A stretch of 64,000 nt of DNA from an uncultured delta proteobacterium (GCA_963729715.1 CAVSPA010000007.1:288001-352000); one strand, 5' to 3'. Positions 18,688 through 28,795 are shown, counted from the first letter of the stretch. The notes: generated from the letters alone by a model not told the origin. Numbers and translations are program-made.

Positions 18688-19623
18688 TTGGAGGAACTCA
18701 TGGAAGCACCGATGACAGAAAGAGTGCGTGTTACCCCTTTGGCGTTAACGGAAAACCTCTGGGTATTGGGAAATTATTTCTTTAACCTCTATCTTGTCCG
18801 GGGCAGGAACGGATCAGCGCTTATTGAGGCGGGCATTTCAGCGATTGCAGATAGGGTCATCCGGCAGATGGAGGCCCTTGATATATCGCCGACGTATTTA
18901 ATCCTAACGCATCCGCATGCTGACCATGTAACGGGACTGGGAGCCTTGCGGGAAAGATACCCGGATGCAGTGGTTATTGCCGGCATGGGAGCAAAAGAGT
19001 TTTTGACCCATCCCAAAGCCCTGCAAACGATGTTGAAAGAAGACCGATTCATGACAGCCCGTCTATACAAGATGGGTACAAAGTACGGCCGTCCTCCGAT
19101 TGAGAAATTTGAATTTCCGGAAAATCATATTGCCGTCAAGGATAAGCGTGACATTGACCTCGGCGGGATTTCCCTGCAGTGCCTCAAGGTCGGAGGGCAC
19201 TCACCGGGTAACATCGTTATACATATACCGGCGATGGGAGCATTGATACTTTCAGATTCTCTCGGCTTTCACTTTCCCGGACAGGAGTTTCTGCCTCTCT
19301 TCCTGACTGATTTTTCAGACTATATAAACACCATCGATTACATGAAATCGCTCAACGCGCATATCCTCGGATTCGGTCATCAGGGGCCATTGATGGGGTC
19401 CTCAGTAGAAGATGCTTTTAGCCAATCGCGGCAAGCAACATTCGATATGTTGTCCCGGGTCATGAATGAAGATAATAAAGGCGACGAATTGGCTGAGGAG
19501 ATATTCAGGGAATATTACAGAGATGAATTCACGGTATATAGCGAAGAAAATATCAGAAGCGTAGGGCAGCTCCTGGTTCGCAGAGGGCGCGAGACCCTCA
19601 TAACCCGGCGCATTACCCAATGA
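18688..19623 (+). CDS. MBL-fold metallo-hydrolase
   Basis: THPHADH, GHSPG, SD, GHQG. Confidence 0.88.
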   Translation: MEELMEAPMTERVRVTPLALTENLWVLGNYFFNLYLVRGRNGSALIEAGISAIADRVIRQMEALDISPTYLILTHPHADHVTGLGALRERYPDAVVIAGMGAKEFLTHPKALQTMLKEDRFMTARLYKMGTKYGRPPIEKFEFPENHIAVKDKRDIDLGGISLQCLKVGGHSPGNIVIHIPAMGALILSDSLGFHFPGQEFLPLFLTDFSDYINTIDYMKSLNAHILGFGHQGPLMGSSVEDAFSQSRQATFDMLSRVMNEDNKGDELAEEIFREYYRDEFTVYSEENIRSVGQLLVRRGRETLITRRITQ

Positions 19624-19886
19624 TCCCTCGTTCGTGGAGAAAGCATATATGAATTTCAATTTCGCCAGAGCCAATAGCCTTAAGAAGCAGAGTTTCGGAA
19701 TTTTGTGATAGGGAATGTTTGCCGAAACTGGAAACCATATTGTTATAGTGGTTGTGGATTGTTGCAAACGACATTTCTGTCGGCTGCTATATGCATGGAT
19801 TATAAATACGGTGGTCAAAAAACTAATCGCCTTTTCCCAGCGTGTGAGTTATTGTTCTTTCAACGGGCGATACCATATTAACGGGA

Positions 19887-20684
19887 ATGGCCATTTTTAA
19901 AGACTGTGCCATGATAGAGAACAATTCACCACAGACAAATGTCTACCATATAACCTACTCCCGGGAATATGGTGTGTGTTGCCTTTTCTTCTGGGGATGC
20001 AATTTGAGCTGCCGGCTCTGCCTTCTTAAGAAAGAGGCTTTTGACTGCCATCTTCCCGAAACCCGCTTGCGCATCTACGATCCCGCATATATAAGCGAGC
20101 GGCCCAGTCGTTTTCTGGCTTTACACGAACTCGTACAACTTCTCGATCCGCTGTCATTAAAACAGATCGTCCTTATGGGCGCCGAAGCCGTGTGTGACCC
20201 CCTTCTGCCCCGGATTCTGGATTCTCTGAAGCAGTCGAAGAATTGTTCCTTTGTGCTTCTCACCAACGGCAGGAAATCGCCGCCACTTGCGATGCTGGAT
20301 GAAGTTATCTTCAGCATTAAAGCTGTCACGCCCGCCTTGCACCGTGACTATACGGGAGTCGACAACAGGATTATCTTGCGGAACTTCGCTGAGATTGCAC
20401 CATCCAAGTCTGTCTCGCTTCATGCTGAAACCGTTTTCGTACCAGGCTACGTCGATGAGGAAGAAATTTTGCGGATCGCCGCCTTCATCGCTTCCGTGGA
20501 CCGATCTATCCCCCTCAGAATAGATGCTTATCTGCCCATCCAAGGTCTGCCCTGGCGTGTTCCCACGCCCGAAGAGATGCAGGCATTGGCGGATAGAACA
20601 AAGCAGGTTCTTCCTAATACCGCCTGCTTCTATGGTGACAAAGGAAAGACTGAGTTGGCTTATGAAATCGAAAGAATTTATTGA
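19887..20684 (+). CDS. Radical SAM protein (activating-enzyme-like)
   Basis: FWGCNLSCRLC CxxxCxxC, GAEA, LTNG, SIKA...HRDYTGVDN; start may be 19911. Confidence 0.82.
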   Translation: MAIFKDCAMIENNSPQTNVYHITYSREYGVCCLFFWGCNLSCRLCLLKKEAFDCHLPETRLRIYDPAYISERPSRFLALHELVQLLDPLSLKQIVLMGAEAVCDPLLPRILDSLKQSKNCSFVLLTNGRKSPPLAMLDEVIFSIKAVTPALHRDYTGVDNRIILRNFAEIAPSKSVSLHAETVFVPGYVDEEEILRIAAFIASVDRSIPLRIDAYLPIQGLPWRVPTPEEMQALADRTKQVLPNTACFYGDKGKTELAYEIERIY

Positions 20685-20703
20685 AACAAGAGGCGATTGA
20701 TTC

Positions 20704-22386
20704 GTGTACTTTGCAAAGGAATTGCTGGATCAGTCAAGCAGGCTCAAGAAGAAGTGGGAGGACGAGGTTCGCAGGAGTGTCACCCGGAACCCCGACCAGA
20801 AATCTCAATGGGCCACCAATTCCGGCATCGAGATCAAGCGGCTTTATACGCCTGATGATATTAAGAACTTGGACTTTACCCATGACATAGGTTACCCGGG
20901 GCAGTTTCCGTTCCTCCGTGGGAACCAGGTGACAGGCTACCGTGGGAAATACTGGACTTACAGGATGTTGTCAGGGATGGGCACTGCTGAGGATACCAAC
21001 AGGCGATGGCGCAAATTTCTCAAGGATGGACAAACAGGTCTCAGCATTCCTTTCGATTTTCCAACCCTTATGGGCTATGATACGGACTCGCCGAAAGCCC
21101 GCGGAGAATGCGGAAAATGCGGTGTCGCTATTGATTCCCTGGAAGAATTCTTAGTCCTCCTCGATGGAATTCCCATGGACAGGGTGACTACCTCCATGAC
21201 CATCAATCCGCCGGCAACCGTCATCTGGGCCATGTATTGCGCTGCTGCTGACTTGAAAGGCATCCCGCTTACCAAGTTATCCGGAACCATTCAGAACGAC
21301 CTGCTCAAGGAATTTATTGCGCAGAAGACCTTGATGTGTCCCCTCGAACCTTCGTTGAAACTTGTCTGCGATGCCGTGGAATTTGGTGTTAAGCATGTCC
21401 CCAATTGGAACACTATTTCCATCAGCGGATACCACATCAGAGAGGCTGGATCTACGGCCGTTCAAGAGCTTGCCTTTACTTTGCGCGACGGCATAGAATA
21501 TGTTGATGCCGTAATCCGGAGAAAAGGACTCAACGTTGATTCATTTGCATCGAGACTTTCCTTCTTTTTCAACTCCCACATTGACTTCTTTGAAGAAATT
21601 GCAAAGCTTCGGGCGGCAAGGAGGATGTGGGCAAGGATTATGCGTGACCGCTTCAAAGCGCGGAAACCCCGGTCCTGGTGGATGCGCTTCCATACTCAGA
21701 CAGCGGGCGGCTCTCTCACAGCCCAGCAGCCTTACAACAACCTCGTCCGAACCGCACTGGAAGCCCTTGCGGCTGTCCTGGGAGGAACCCAGTCTCTCCA
21801 TACAAACTCGTTGTATGAGGTTCTCAGCCTTCCCTCCGATCATGACCTGCAGCTCGCCCTCCGGACCCAGCAGATCATCGCAGAGGAAACCGGCGTTGCC
21901 AATACAATCGATCCGCTTGCCGGTTCCTATTTTGTGGAAGCGCTAACGAACGAATTGGAAGAGCAGGCTTGGGCATATATCGAAAGGATCGACAGGATGG
22001 GCGGCATGGCCGTCGCCATCGAAAAGGGTTTCCCGCAACTGGAGATCGCCGACGCTGCGTACAAATTTCAGAGGCAGATAGATTCCTGTGAAAAGATCAT
22101 GGTAGGGGTGAACAAATATATTTCCACCGAAAAGATATCCATCAAGCCCGTTGAGGTGGAAGACGCCCTTGAAATCGAGCAGATAAAACGGCTGCACAAG
22201 GTTCGCAGGAAGCGGAACAACAAGGCCGTAAACAAATGCCTCAAAAATCTCAAGAGCGCCTGCGAGAAGGGTAAAAATGTGATGCCCTACTGCATAGAGG
22301 CAGTGAAAGATTTTGCAACCATCCAGGAGATTTGCGACGTATACCGTGAGGTCTACGGCGAATATCCTGACCCGGGATACTACTGA
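20704..22386 (+). CDS. B12-dependent acyl-CoA mutase, large (substrate-binding) subunit
   Basis: GYPGQFPFLRG, GLSIPFDFPTLMGYD, GTIQND, ISGYHIREAG, GGTQSLHTN, DPLAG, VGVN; no DxHxxG B12 domain. Confidence 0.92.
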   Translation: MYFAKELLDQSSRLKKKWEDEVRRSVTRNPDQKSQWATNSGIEIKRLYTPDDIKNLDFTHDIGYPGQFPFLRGNQVTGYRGKYWTYRMLSGMGTAEDTNRRWRKFLKDGQTGLSIPFDFPTLMGYDTDSPKARGECGKCGVAIDSLEEFLVLLDGIPMDRVTTSMTINPPATVIWAMYCAAADLKGIPLTKLSGTIQNDLLKEFIAQKTLMCPLEPSLKLVCDAVEFGVKHVPNWNTISISGYHIREAGSTAVQELAFTLRDGIEYVDAVIRRKGLNVDSFASRLSFFFNSHIDFFEEIAKLRAARRMWARIMRDRFKARKPRSWWMRFHTQTAGGSLTAQQPYNNLVRTALEALAAVLGGTQSLHTNSLYEVLSLPSDHDLQLALRTQQIIAEETGVANTIDPLAGSYFVEALTNELEEQAWAYIERIDRMGGMAVAIEKGFPQLEIADAAYKFQRQIDSCEKIMVGVNKYISTEKISIKPVEVEDALEIEQIKRLHKVRRKRNNKAVNKCLKNLKSACEKGKNVMPYCIEAVKDFATIQEICDVYREVYGEYPDPGYY

Positions 22387-22420
22387 CAGTGCCTTATCGG
22401 CAAGATCTTGCCAGAACACT

Positions 22421-23173
22421 TTAAGAATGTATGTTTTTCCCTTGCAGCTTTTTCCAAGTGCTTGCCGAATACCAGATATCGACGAATTCGAGGATGGCGC
22501 CTCTTTCCCTTTTCATGATCTCTTCTGCGATGGTACCCCTGAGAAGTTTCTTGATGCTTTTGAATGCGGCCGCATCCTTTTCAGCGTATTGACCGGCGAT
22601 TTTTTTCGCTTCCGCCTCCAAATCGACTTCTGATGAGATTTGATCAATCAGTCCCATCCGGTGTGCTTCCTCCGCCGAATACATTGCCCCGGTATATACC
22701 GCCCTTTCCGCATTCCTTTGTCCCAGCAGCAGTTTCATCATTGCAACGCTTCCCCAAAACAGTGACGAGCCGAAGTTGATTTCATTGAGGGAAATCTTTG
22801 CCTTCCCGGAGACCATGATCCTGTAATCGCAGGCGATGGCGAGCATACAGCCCCCGGCGATTGTGTGGCCGTTGAGCGCGGCAACGACCGGTTTAGGATA
22901 CAGGAACAGGTAAGTACATAAATCAGTGAACTTGGTGAGATAACGGATAAACGATTCTTTGGGGTAGCCGAGAAACTCCGGGATGTCAAAACCGAAGGTG
23001 AAAAATTTTCCTGTCCCTGTGAGGATAACAGCCCTTACTCCGGCATCGCCGGCAAGCTCTTTAAAATGGCCTGTCATTTCATCAATCACTGTTTCATTAA
23101 GGGCGTTCACTTTCCCTCTGCTTATGCGGACCGTAACGATTCCCTGATCGTTGTTGCTATTTACATACTGCAT
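22421..23173 (-). CDS. Enoyl-CoA hydratase/isomerase family protein
   Basis: FFTFGFDI, PKPVVAALNGHTIAGGCMLAIACDYR, LNEINFG. Confidence 0.9.
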   Translation of the reverse strand: MQYVNSNNDQGIVTVRISRGKVNALNETVIDEMTGHFKELAGDAGVRAVILTGTGKFFTFGFDIPEFLGYPKESFIRYLTKFTDLCTYLFLYPKPVVAALNGHTIAGGCMLAIACDYRIMVSGKAKISLNEINFGSSLFWGSVAMMKLLLGQRNAERAVYTGAMYSAEEAHRMGLIDQISSEVDLEAEAKKIAGQYAEKDAAAFKSIKKLLRGTIAEEIMKRERGAILEFVDIWYSASTWKKLQGKNIHS

Positions 23174-23252
23174 GATTTCACCATCCTTCCCGTATCATTT
23201 TTACTTGTTCATCGTTTCCGCACTCGACGCCGCCAAAAAGAAAATATGTGGT

Positions 23253-24431
23253 TCATGTTATCTCGAAGAGCCGGCGGGGGCTCTTTGTCATGATTTCATT
23301 CCCCCCCTCCTTAATGAGAATCATGTCCTCCAGCTTGACAACCCCAACGGCCTCATTCATCATGTGCATATCCAACGCCACAACATAATTATCGCCCACC
23401 TCGGAATGGTCATACTCTGACGGAACGGGCGGCTCATTCAGCTCCAGGCCGATCCCGTGACCGATAAGCCGGGACTTTTTCCCCTTGCCGAAATTTTGAA
23501 AGTGGTCCGATCTTCCGAGTGCTCTCGCCTTCTCAACTGCAGCGCCGTAGATTTCACTGCATTTTATCCCCGGCTTAATGCTGCTGATGAGGTGGTCCGC
23601 TATGGTTACGAGATCGCCGTGCATGGATTTGATCTCATCAGGGGCCTTTCCTAAACAGTACGTCCTTGTCTGGTCTGCATGATAACCATCAACGAGTACC
23701 GGTATATCGACAATGACGGGCTCTCCTTTTGCTATTTTTCGCAGCGAGGGGCCGGCAGGCACTGAGGAACTCAATCCCACGCCGGTGATGGTATACACGA
23801 CGCCGCTGATCTTGAAGAGGTTCGATCCCGACGAGATGGGTCCCCGGCTCATGAAGAAATCTGGCTGCCGGATGAAGAAAATCCCTTCGTGTCCTGCCAG
23901 CCGATGGGCATTTTCGACGGCGGCGGCAAGTTTAAGCTCGGTAACGCCTTCTTTCATGGTGGAGAGAACCGCTTCATGTCCCCGGTGAATCGCGTCACAG
24001 GCCTTTTTGATTTTCTCGATCTCGGAGAGATCCTTCGTCTTCCTCTGCTCCAGGACGAGGGGAGATACATTCACAAATTCATAACCGGCAAATATCTTCT
24101 CCATATCCTTGAATTGCTCGGCTGTTAAAATATCGAGCTCCGTACCAATCCGTTTACTCCCCGAGTCCCGGCCGGCGACCATTTCTTTGAATACGTTTGC
24201 CAGGCGGCGTTCCTCTCGCACTTTTTCTTTGCCGACAAAGACGTCGTCCAAAGCGAATTCAATACCGCTTCTGACAAACAAAACATAAGCATTGGGTAAG
24301 ACAAGCAGGTATGAAGGCTGTGCCGTACCTGTGTAGTACAATATATCTCGGGAATAGCAGAGCAGGGCGCCGCACAACTCAAGTTCTCCAATTCTATTTT
24401 GCAGGATTTTGATTCGGTCTTCTCGGTTCAT
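23253..24431 (-). CDS. M24 (Xaa-Pro peptidase/creatinase-like) family protein
   Basis: DGYHADQTRT, GHGIGLELNE, KLEDM; RBS favours ATG 24431. Confidence 0.85.
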   Translation of the reverse strand: MNREDRIKILQNRIGELELCGALLCYSRDILYYTGTAQPSYLLVLPNAYVLFVRSGIEFALDDVFVGKEKVREERRLANVFKEMVAGRDSGSKRIGTELDILTAEQFKDMEKIFAGYEFVNVSPLVLEQRKTKDLSEIEKIKKACDAIHRGHEAVLSTMKEGVTELKLAAAVENAHRLAGHEGIFFIRQPDFFMSRGPISSGSNLFKISGVVYTITGVGLSSSVPAGPSLRKIAKGEPVIVDIPVLVDGYHADQTRTYCLGKAPDEIKSMHGDLVTIADHLISSIKPGIKCSEIYGAAVEKARALGRSDHFQNFGKGKKSRLIGHGIGLELNEPPVPSEYDHSEVGDNYVVALDMHMMNEAVGVVKLEDMILIKEGGNEIMTKSPRRLFEIT

Positions 24432-24709
24432 AAACGACACCTCCTTTTCGATAAAAACCCAAGTACGCCTGCCTTTGATTAGGCAATAATTTTTTATGGA
24501 TTGTAACAAACAGCCTGATCCGCTGACCCTGATGATTAGATATAGTTAGCAATGTTAACCTCCCGGGAAAGCACGATTCCTCTTGAGATTCATTCTTTAT
24601 GAAAGTTAACAAACTTACAGAATGGGTTTGATTTGCTCAGGGATTGGGTTGGTTTTCACAAATATGGATAGGGAGTTGGGTCAAAAGCCAATAGTTACAG
24701 CGGAGATTA

Positions 24710-26086
24710 CTATTGCGATTTCCGATGCCAGATATCCAGGATTCTGACGGCCTTATCTTCAGGCAGGGTGTGCAGTCCCCTCTCGTAGTTGGAGAGGGTC
24801 TGCCTCGTCACACCTAATGCTTTGGCCAGTTCCGCCTGGCGCAAGTAGTTATCAGCCCTGAATTGCCTGATAATCGTTTGATCGGCAATCAGATCTTCTG
24901 CAGTTTTTGGAATATCAGAAGCGCGAGACTCCTGCCTGTACTTTCTTCCCCGGACCGGCCTTTTCTGCCGAAATGGCAATTTAGCTCTTCTGGGGGTATC
25001 GGCTACCTGCCAGAGATCTTCCGATAACTTCACCGTGAGCGCCGTATTAAGCCAGTCGTTGAAGTATCCTCTGCTCCTCGCCATCGGCTCTAAGACCGGA
25101 ATACTTTCTATCACGCCTAAGTCTTCGAGACGCTGATGGGCTTCGATAAATGCATCAACCGTCTGTCCCGGGTGCCTCCAGTTTATATCCTCGCCGCAAA
25201 AATTTAGAATAGTCTTCGGTGTAGCGCTGGGGAGCATCCCCTTTTTTTCGGCGACAGTGCCGACAATTATCCAGTATGTTCCCAGCTTTTTTGTCAAGGC
25301 ATCATGATAAGGGCTCAGGTGCAGCAGAGCTTTACTGTAATACCCGATCCAGAACAGTCCCTCAGGGTCGAGGAAATGTGAAAGCGCCTGGCCGCAACGA
25401 AAACGAAAAGAAGTCCATTTCTCCGCTTCACGCTTATACTCTATATCCAATATGTCCAAAAGCCTGTCCGGCCGTTCCTTTCCGAAGGTGACTTCCCCTC
25501 CGGTTTTATAGTCTCTCCAGGACATGGTGAGGCGCATGTCGGCAAGCCGCAATACCTCCTGTTTAAAGTCTTCATAGAGATTCTGCCTGCTGCCATGCCG
25601 GAGGCGAACTCCGCGCGATTGAGCAATGTCATCAAGACTGATACTGGCGATTCCTTTCTTGGGATCCGGCAGTTCCGCAATACGCGACATGAGAATCAAA
25701 AATACATCCGCAGTCTCCACCGATAAATTATGGACTGCTTTTCTCAGGCTTCCGGAATAGATGAAATCAAGGCGCGGTGTGTAGTATAGCGCTATGGAGT
25801 GATGAAAGCGGTTCCCGAAATCGGGTGGAGGCGCAAAGAAGAACGTTACATGCCCAGCCCTTGTTTCGTATTTGTACAATGGGCGGCCGTACAAATCCGA
25901 CGCCCACGCGCTTTTCGGACCGCCTGCATATATGGCGCGCAATGCGGAATGGATCAAGGGGCTGATGGGAACAGGGAATCTTTTCTTTTCACGATCTGAC
26001 TGACCTACAGGCAGCTTATCGATCTTCTGCTGAGTAAGGGAATCATGATGGTGTCTCATAAATGGCCTATTTATTTTAGCAACCAT
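24710..26086 (-). CDS. Hypothetical DNA-binding protein: possible replication-initiator-like region plus C-terminal XRE HTH
   Basis: C-terminal LRQAELAKALGVTRQTLSNYERG is a clear XRE HTH; ADVFLILM...ISLDDIAQSRG is only suggestive of a winged helix. Confidence 0.6.
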   Translation of the reverse strand: MVAKINRPFMRHHHDSLTQQKIDKLPVGQSDREKKRFPVPISPLIHSALRAIYAGGPKSAWASDLYGRPLYKYETRAGHVTFFFAPPPDFGNRFHHSIALYYTPRLDFIYSGSLRKAVHNLSVETADVFLILMSRIAELPDPKKGIASISLDDIAQSRGVRLRHGSRQNLYEDFKQEVLRLADMRLTMSWRDYKTGGEVTFGKERPDRLLDILDIEYKREAEKWTSFRFRCGQALSHFLDPEGLFWIGYYSKALLHLSPYHDALTKKLGTYWIIVGTVAEKKGMLPSATPKTILNFCGEDINWRHPGQTVDAFIEAHQRLEDLGVIESIPVLEPMARSRGYFNDWLNTALTVKLSEDLWQVADTPRRAKLPFRQKRPVRGRKYRQESRASDIPKTAEDLIADQTIIRQFRADNYLRQAELAKALGVTRQTLSNYERGLHTLPEDKAVRILDIWHRKSQ

Positions 26087-26304
26087 CTCTCACATGCATC
26101 GGGTTAACCCAATTTAAGGAATATAACAAGAGAGCTGTTTCATCCGCCGCCATCAATTACTGACATATACAGGATTCAGATGATTTTAGGAAGTGCAACT
26201 TGCAGGGAGGATTGTTTATTAGCCAGTATGTTTAAGAAAATATATTTAATGCATAAGGATACTTTTCTCTATAATCGATATTAATACGAAAATAAAACTG
26301 TGCA

Positions 26305-27549
26305 TCAAGCCGCTTCAGGCAGTTTTTCTACTTTGACCTCATAGCCTAAGGCAGTGATCCTTGATGTTAAACGTCTGACAAGATGTTGTTCATTTAACTT
26401 GTCGAAATAATCAGCACCAAGTTCATTGTAAGTGCGATGCTCTTTGATAATATGGTAAGCCATAACTAAGATGGTGTGGCCGACAGCAAGGGCTGCCCGT
26501 TTCTTCCCCCTTCTTGCCGCCAGGCGACGGTACCTGGCGCTCAAGTAGGTGTTTTTTGTTTTGGACGCTGCCCATCCAGCTTCCACCAAGGCGCTTTTGA
26601 GCCATTTGTTCCCCTGTGTCACTTTGCCGCTTCTTCGTTTTCCCGCGCTTTCATTGTTGCCCGGACTGGCTCCCGCCCAGGAGGAGAGGTGGGCATCTGA
26701 TGGGAAGCGTGACATATCGATTCCGATCTCGGCGATGATCCGCTCAGCGAACTTTTTTTTTACACCTGGAATGGTCTGGAGACCTTCAGCTTCCTCCTGG
26801 AAAGATTCCATCCTCTTCTCTATTTCATCGTTCAGCTTCTCGATGGCCTCGTCATACGAGGCAATCATCTGAAGCGTCAGTTTCAGGATGATACGATGAT
26901 GATCCGAAAAGTAACCCTCCAAGGATTTTTCCAGATCCTCGATCTTGTTCCTGAGACGCCCTCTGGCGAGATCAGCCATTTCCTGAGTGCTCATATCATC
27001 CTCGATCAGATGATGGATCATGTTCCGGGCAGATACCCCGTTGATGTCCGTTGCCACTGAAGAAAGCTTGATATTGGCATCCTCCAGAAACTTCTGGAGG
27101 CGGTTGATCTCAGAAGAACGCTTCTGGGTAAGTTTCTCACGGTAGCGCGTGAGGTCTCTTAACTCCCGGATCGGCTTGGGAGGAATAAAGCTCGCCTTGA
27201 CCAGGCCGTGACGAAGGAGTTGGGCAAGCCATTCGCAATCCCTTACGTCGGTCTTCCGTCCGGGAACATTTTTCACATCTCTGGCATTGGCCAGAATGAC
27301 CTCCATGCTGTCCTCCAGAATGTTGAATACCGGCTTCCAGTAAACCCCGGTGCTTTCCACAACCGCATGGGTGCAACCTTCTGATACCAGCCAGTCTCGA
27401 CAGGCCAGAAGATCACGGGTCATGGTGGAAAAGGTCTTGATGGTTGTCTTCGGTTTCTCATGGGGTTTGCCCACCGCCAGGCAAACAACGATGTTCTTCT
27501 TGTGGACATCGATACCGCAGCATCTCTCAATAATGGCTCCCATAATCAT
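26305..27549 (-). CDS. IS110 family transposase/recombinase
   Basis: DEDD RuvC-like motifs GIDVHK, VVESTG, KTDVRD; LQTIPGV, AEIG, PGNNESAGK (catalytic Ser), GNKWLK. Confidence 0.96.
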   Translation of the reverse strand: MIMGAIIERCCGIDVHKKNIVVCLAVGKPHEKPKTTIKTFSTMTRDLLACRDWLVSEGCTHAVVESTGVYWKPVFNILEDSMEVILANARDVKNVPGRKTDVRDCEWLAQLLRHGLVKASFIPPKPIRELRDLTRYREKLTQKRSSEINRLQKFLEDANIKLSSVATDINGVSARNMIHHLIEDDMSTQEMADLARGRLRNKIEDLEKSLEGYFSDHHRIILKLTLQMIASYDEAIEKLNDEIEKRMESFQEEAEGLQTIPGVKKKFAERIIAEIGIDMSRFPSDAHLSSWAGASPGNNESAGKRRSGKVTQGNKWLKSALVEAGWAASKTKNTYLSARYRRLAARRGKKRAALAVGHTILVMAYHIIKEHRTYNELGADYFDKLNEQHLVRRLTSRITALGYEVKVEKLPEAA

Positions 27550-27570
27550 GTCTCCTTTCTCTTTAAAAAA

Positions 27571-27700
27571 GGGGGCAGATTATCGATGAAAAATTTAATA
27601 CGCGTACTCCCAAAGGGGTAACAATCCGTGGTTCTTTTAATCTGCCCGGGTCAGATTACTACTCGGGGTATGACCACCAAAATATCGACGACCCTCTTCC
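27571..27700. ncRNA. Candidate IS110 bridge RNA (two internal-loop domains)
   Basis: Stems 27573-27582/27638-27647 and 27648-27652/27690-27694; loops carry TTAATACG (matches junction 26281-26288) and GATTACTAC (matches junction 27780-27788). Confidence 0.68.
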
Positions 27701-27785
27701 TTTTGAAGAAAGGATATAATGTCAAAGAGCTATAAACAACTTATTTTCATGCCTTCGTGGTGCCCTCGCGGGGCATGTTGATTAC

Positions 27786-27863
27786 TACGAAAATAGAACC
27801 GCCGAAGACTATAACAACTTATTTTCATGCCTTCGTGGTGCCGCCACGGGGCATGGTGATTTT
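27786..27863. mobile_element. 78-bp miniature derivative carrying both IS110 ends
   Basis: Starts TACGAAAATA and ends with a near copy of 27736-27783 (AACAACTTATTTTCATGCCTTCGTGGTGCC...GGGGCATG.TGATT). Confidence 0.6.
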
Positions 27864-27898
27864 TAAGAAAATATTTTTAGTACTTCATACATTATTAA

Positions 27899-28426
<528 letters not shown>

Positions 28427-28720
28427 CTACGAAAATAGAACCGCCGAAGACTATAACAACTTATTTTCATGCCTTCGTGGTGCCGCCACGGGGCATGGTG
28501 ATTTTTAAGAAAATATTTTTAGTACTTCATACATTATCTAAAAAATACCGGATTCTTGGATACGGCTCCTTGTTACTTTTCTTTTCAATAGGGTATCGAT
28601 AAACTACTCCTCGCAGTGCGGGGTAAATAATACTTGTGGGTTGGAAATATGGTTGGAAATGAGTCCTCTTTTAAAAAAATGGGGCGGTCTGAATGTAGTC
28701 TAACTCTATGATTTAATTAT

Positions 28721-28795
28721 TGGTGGTCCCACCGGGACTTGAACCCGAGTTTCCGGCGTGAGAGGCCAGCGTCCTAACCACTAGACGATGGGACC
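28721..28795 (-). tRNA. tRNA-Glu (CTC)
   Basis: GGTCCCATCGTCTAGTGGTTAGGACGCTGGCCT-CTC-ACGCCGGAAACTCGGGTTCAAGTCCCGGTGGGACCACCA; cloverleaf with encoded CCA; downstream of gltX. Confidence 0.96.

Larger units (their letters stand above)
26285..27787 (-). mobile_element. IS110-family element
   Basis: Transposase plus about 240-nt upstream non-coding end and a very short downstream end; flanked by direct repeat TACGAAAATA at 26285-26294 and 27786-27795, so the exact boundary is ambiguous within it. Confidence 0.82.

Noticed and set aside
20704..22386. Canonical methylmalonyl-CoA mutase
   Set aside because: Lacks the Tyr/Arg carboxylate-binding determinants.
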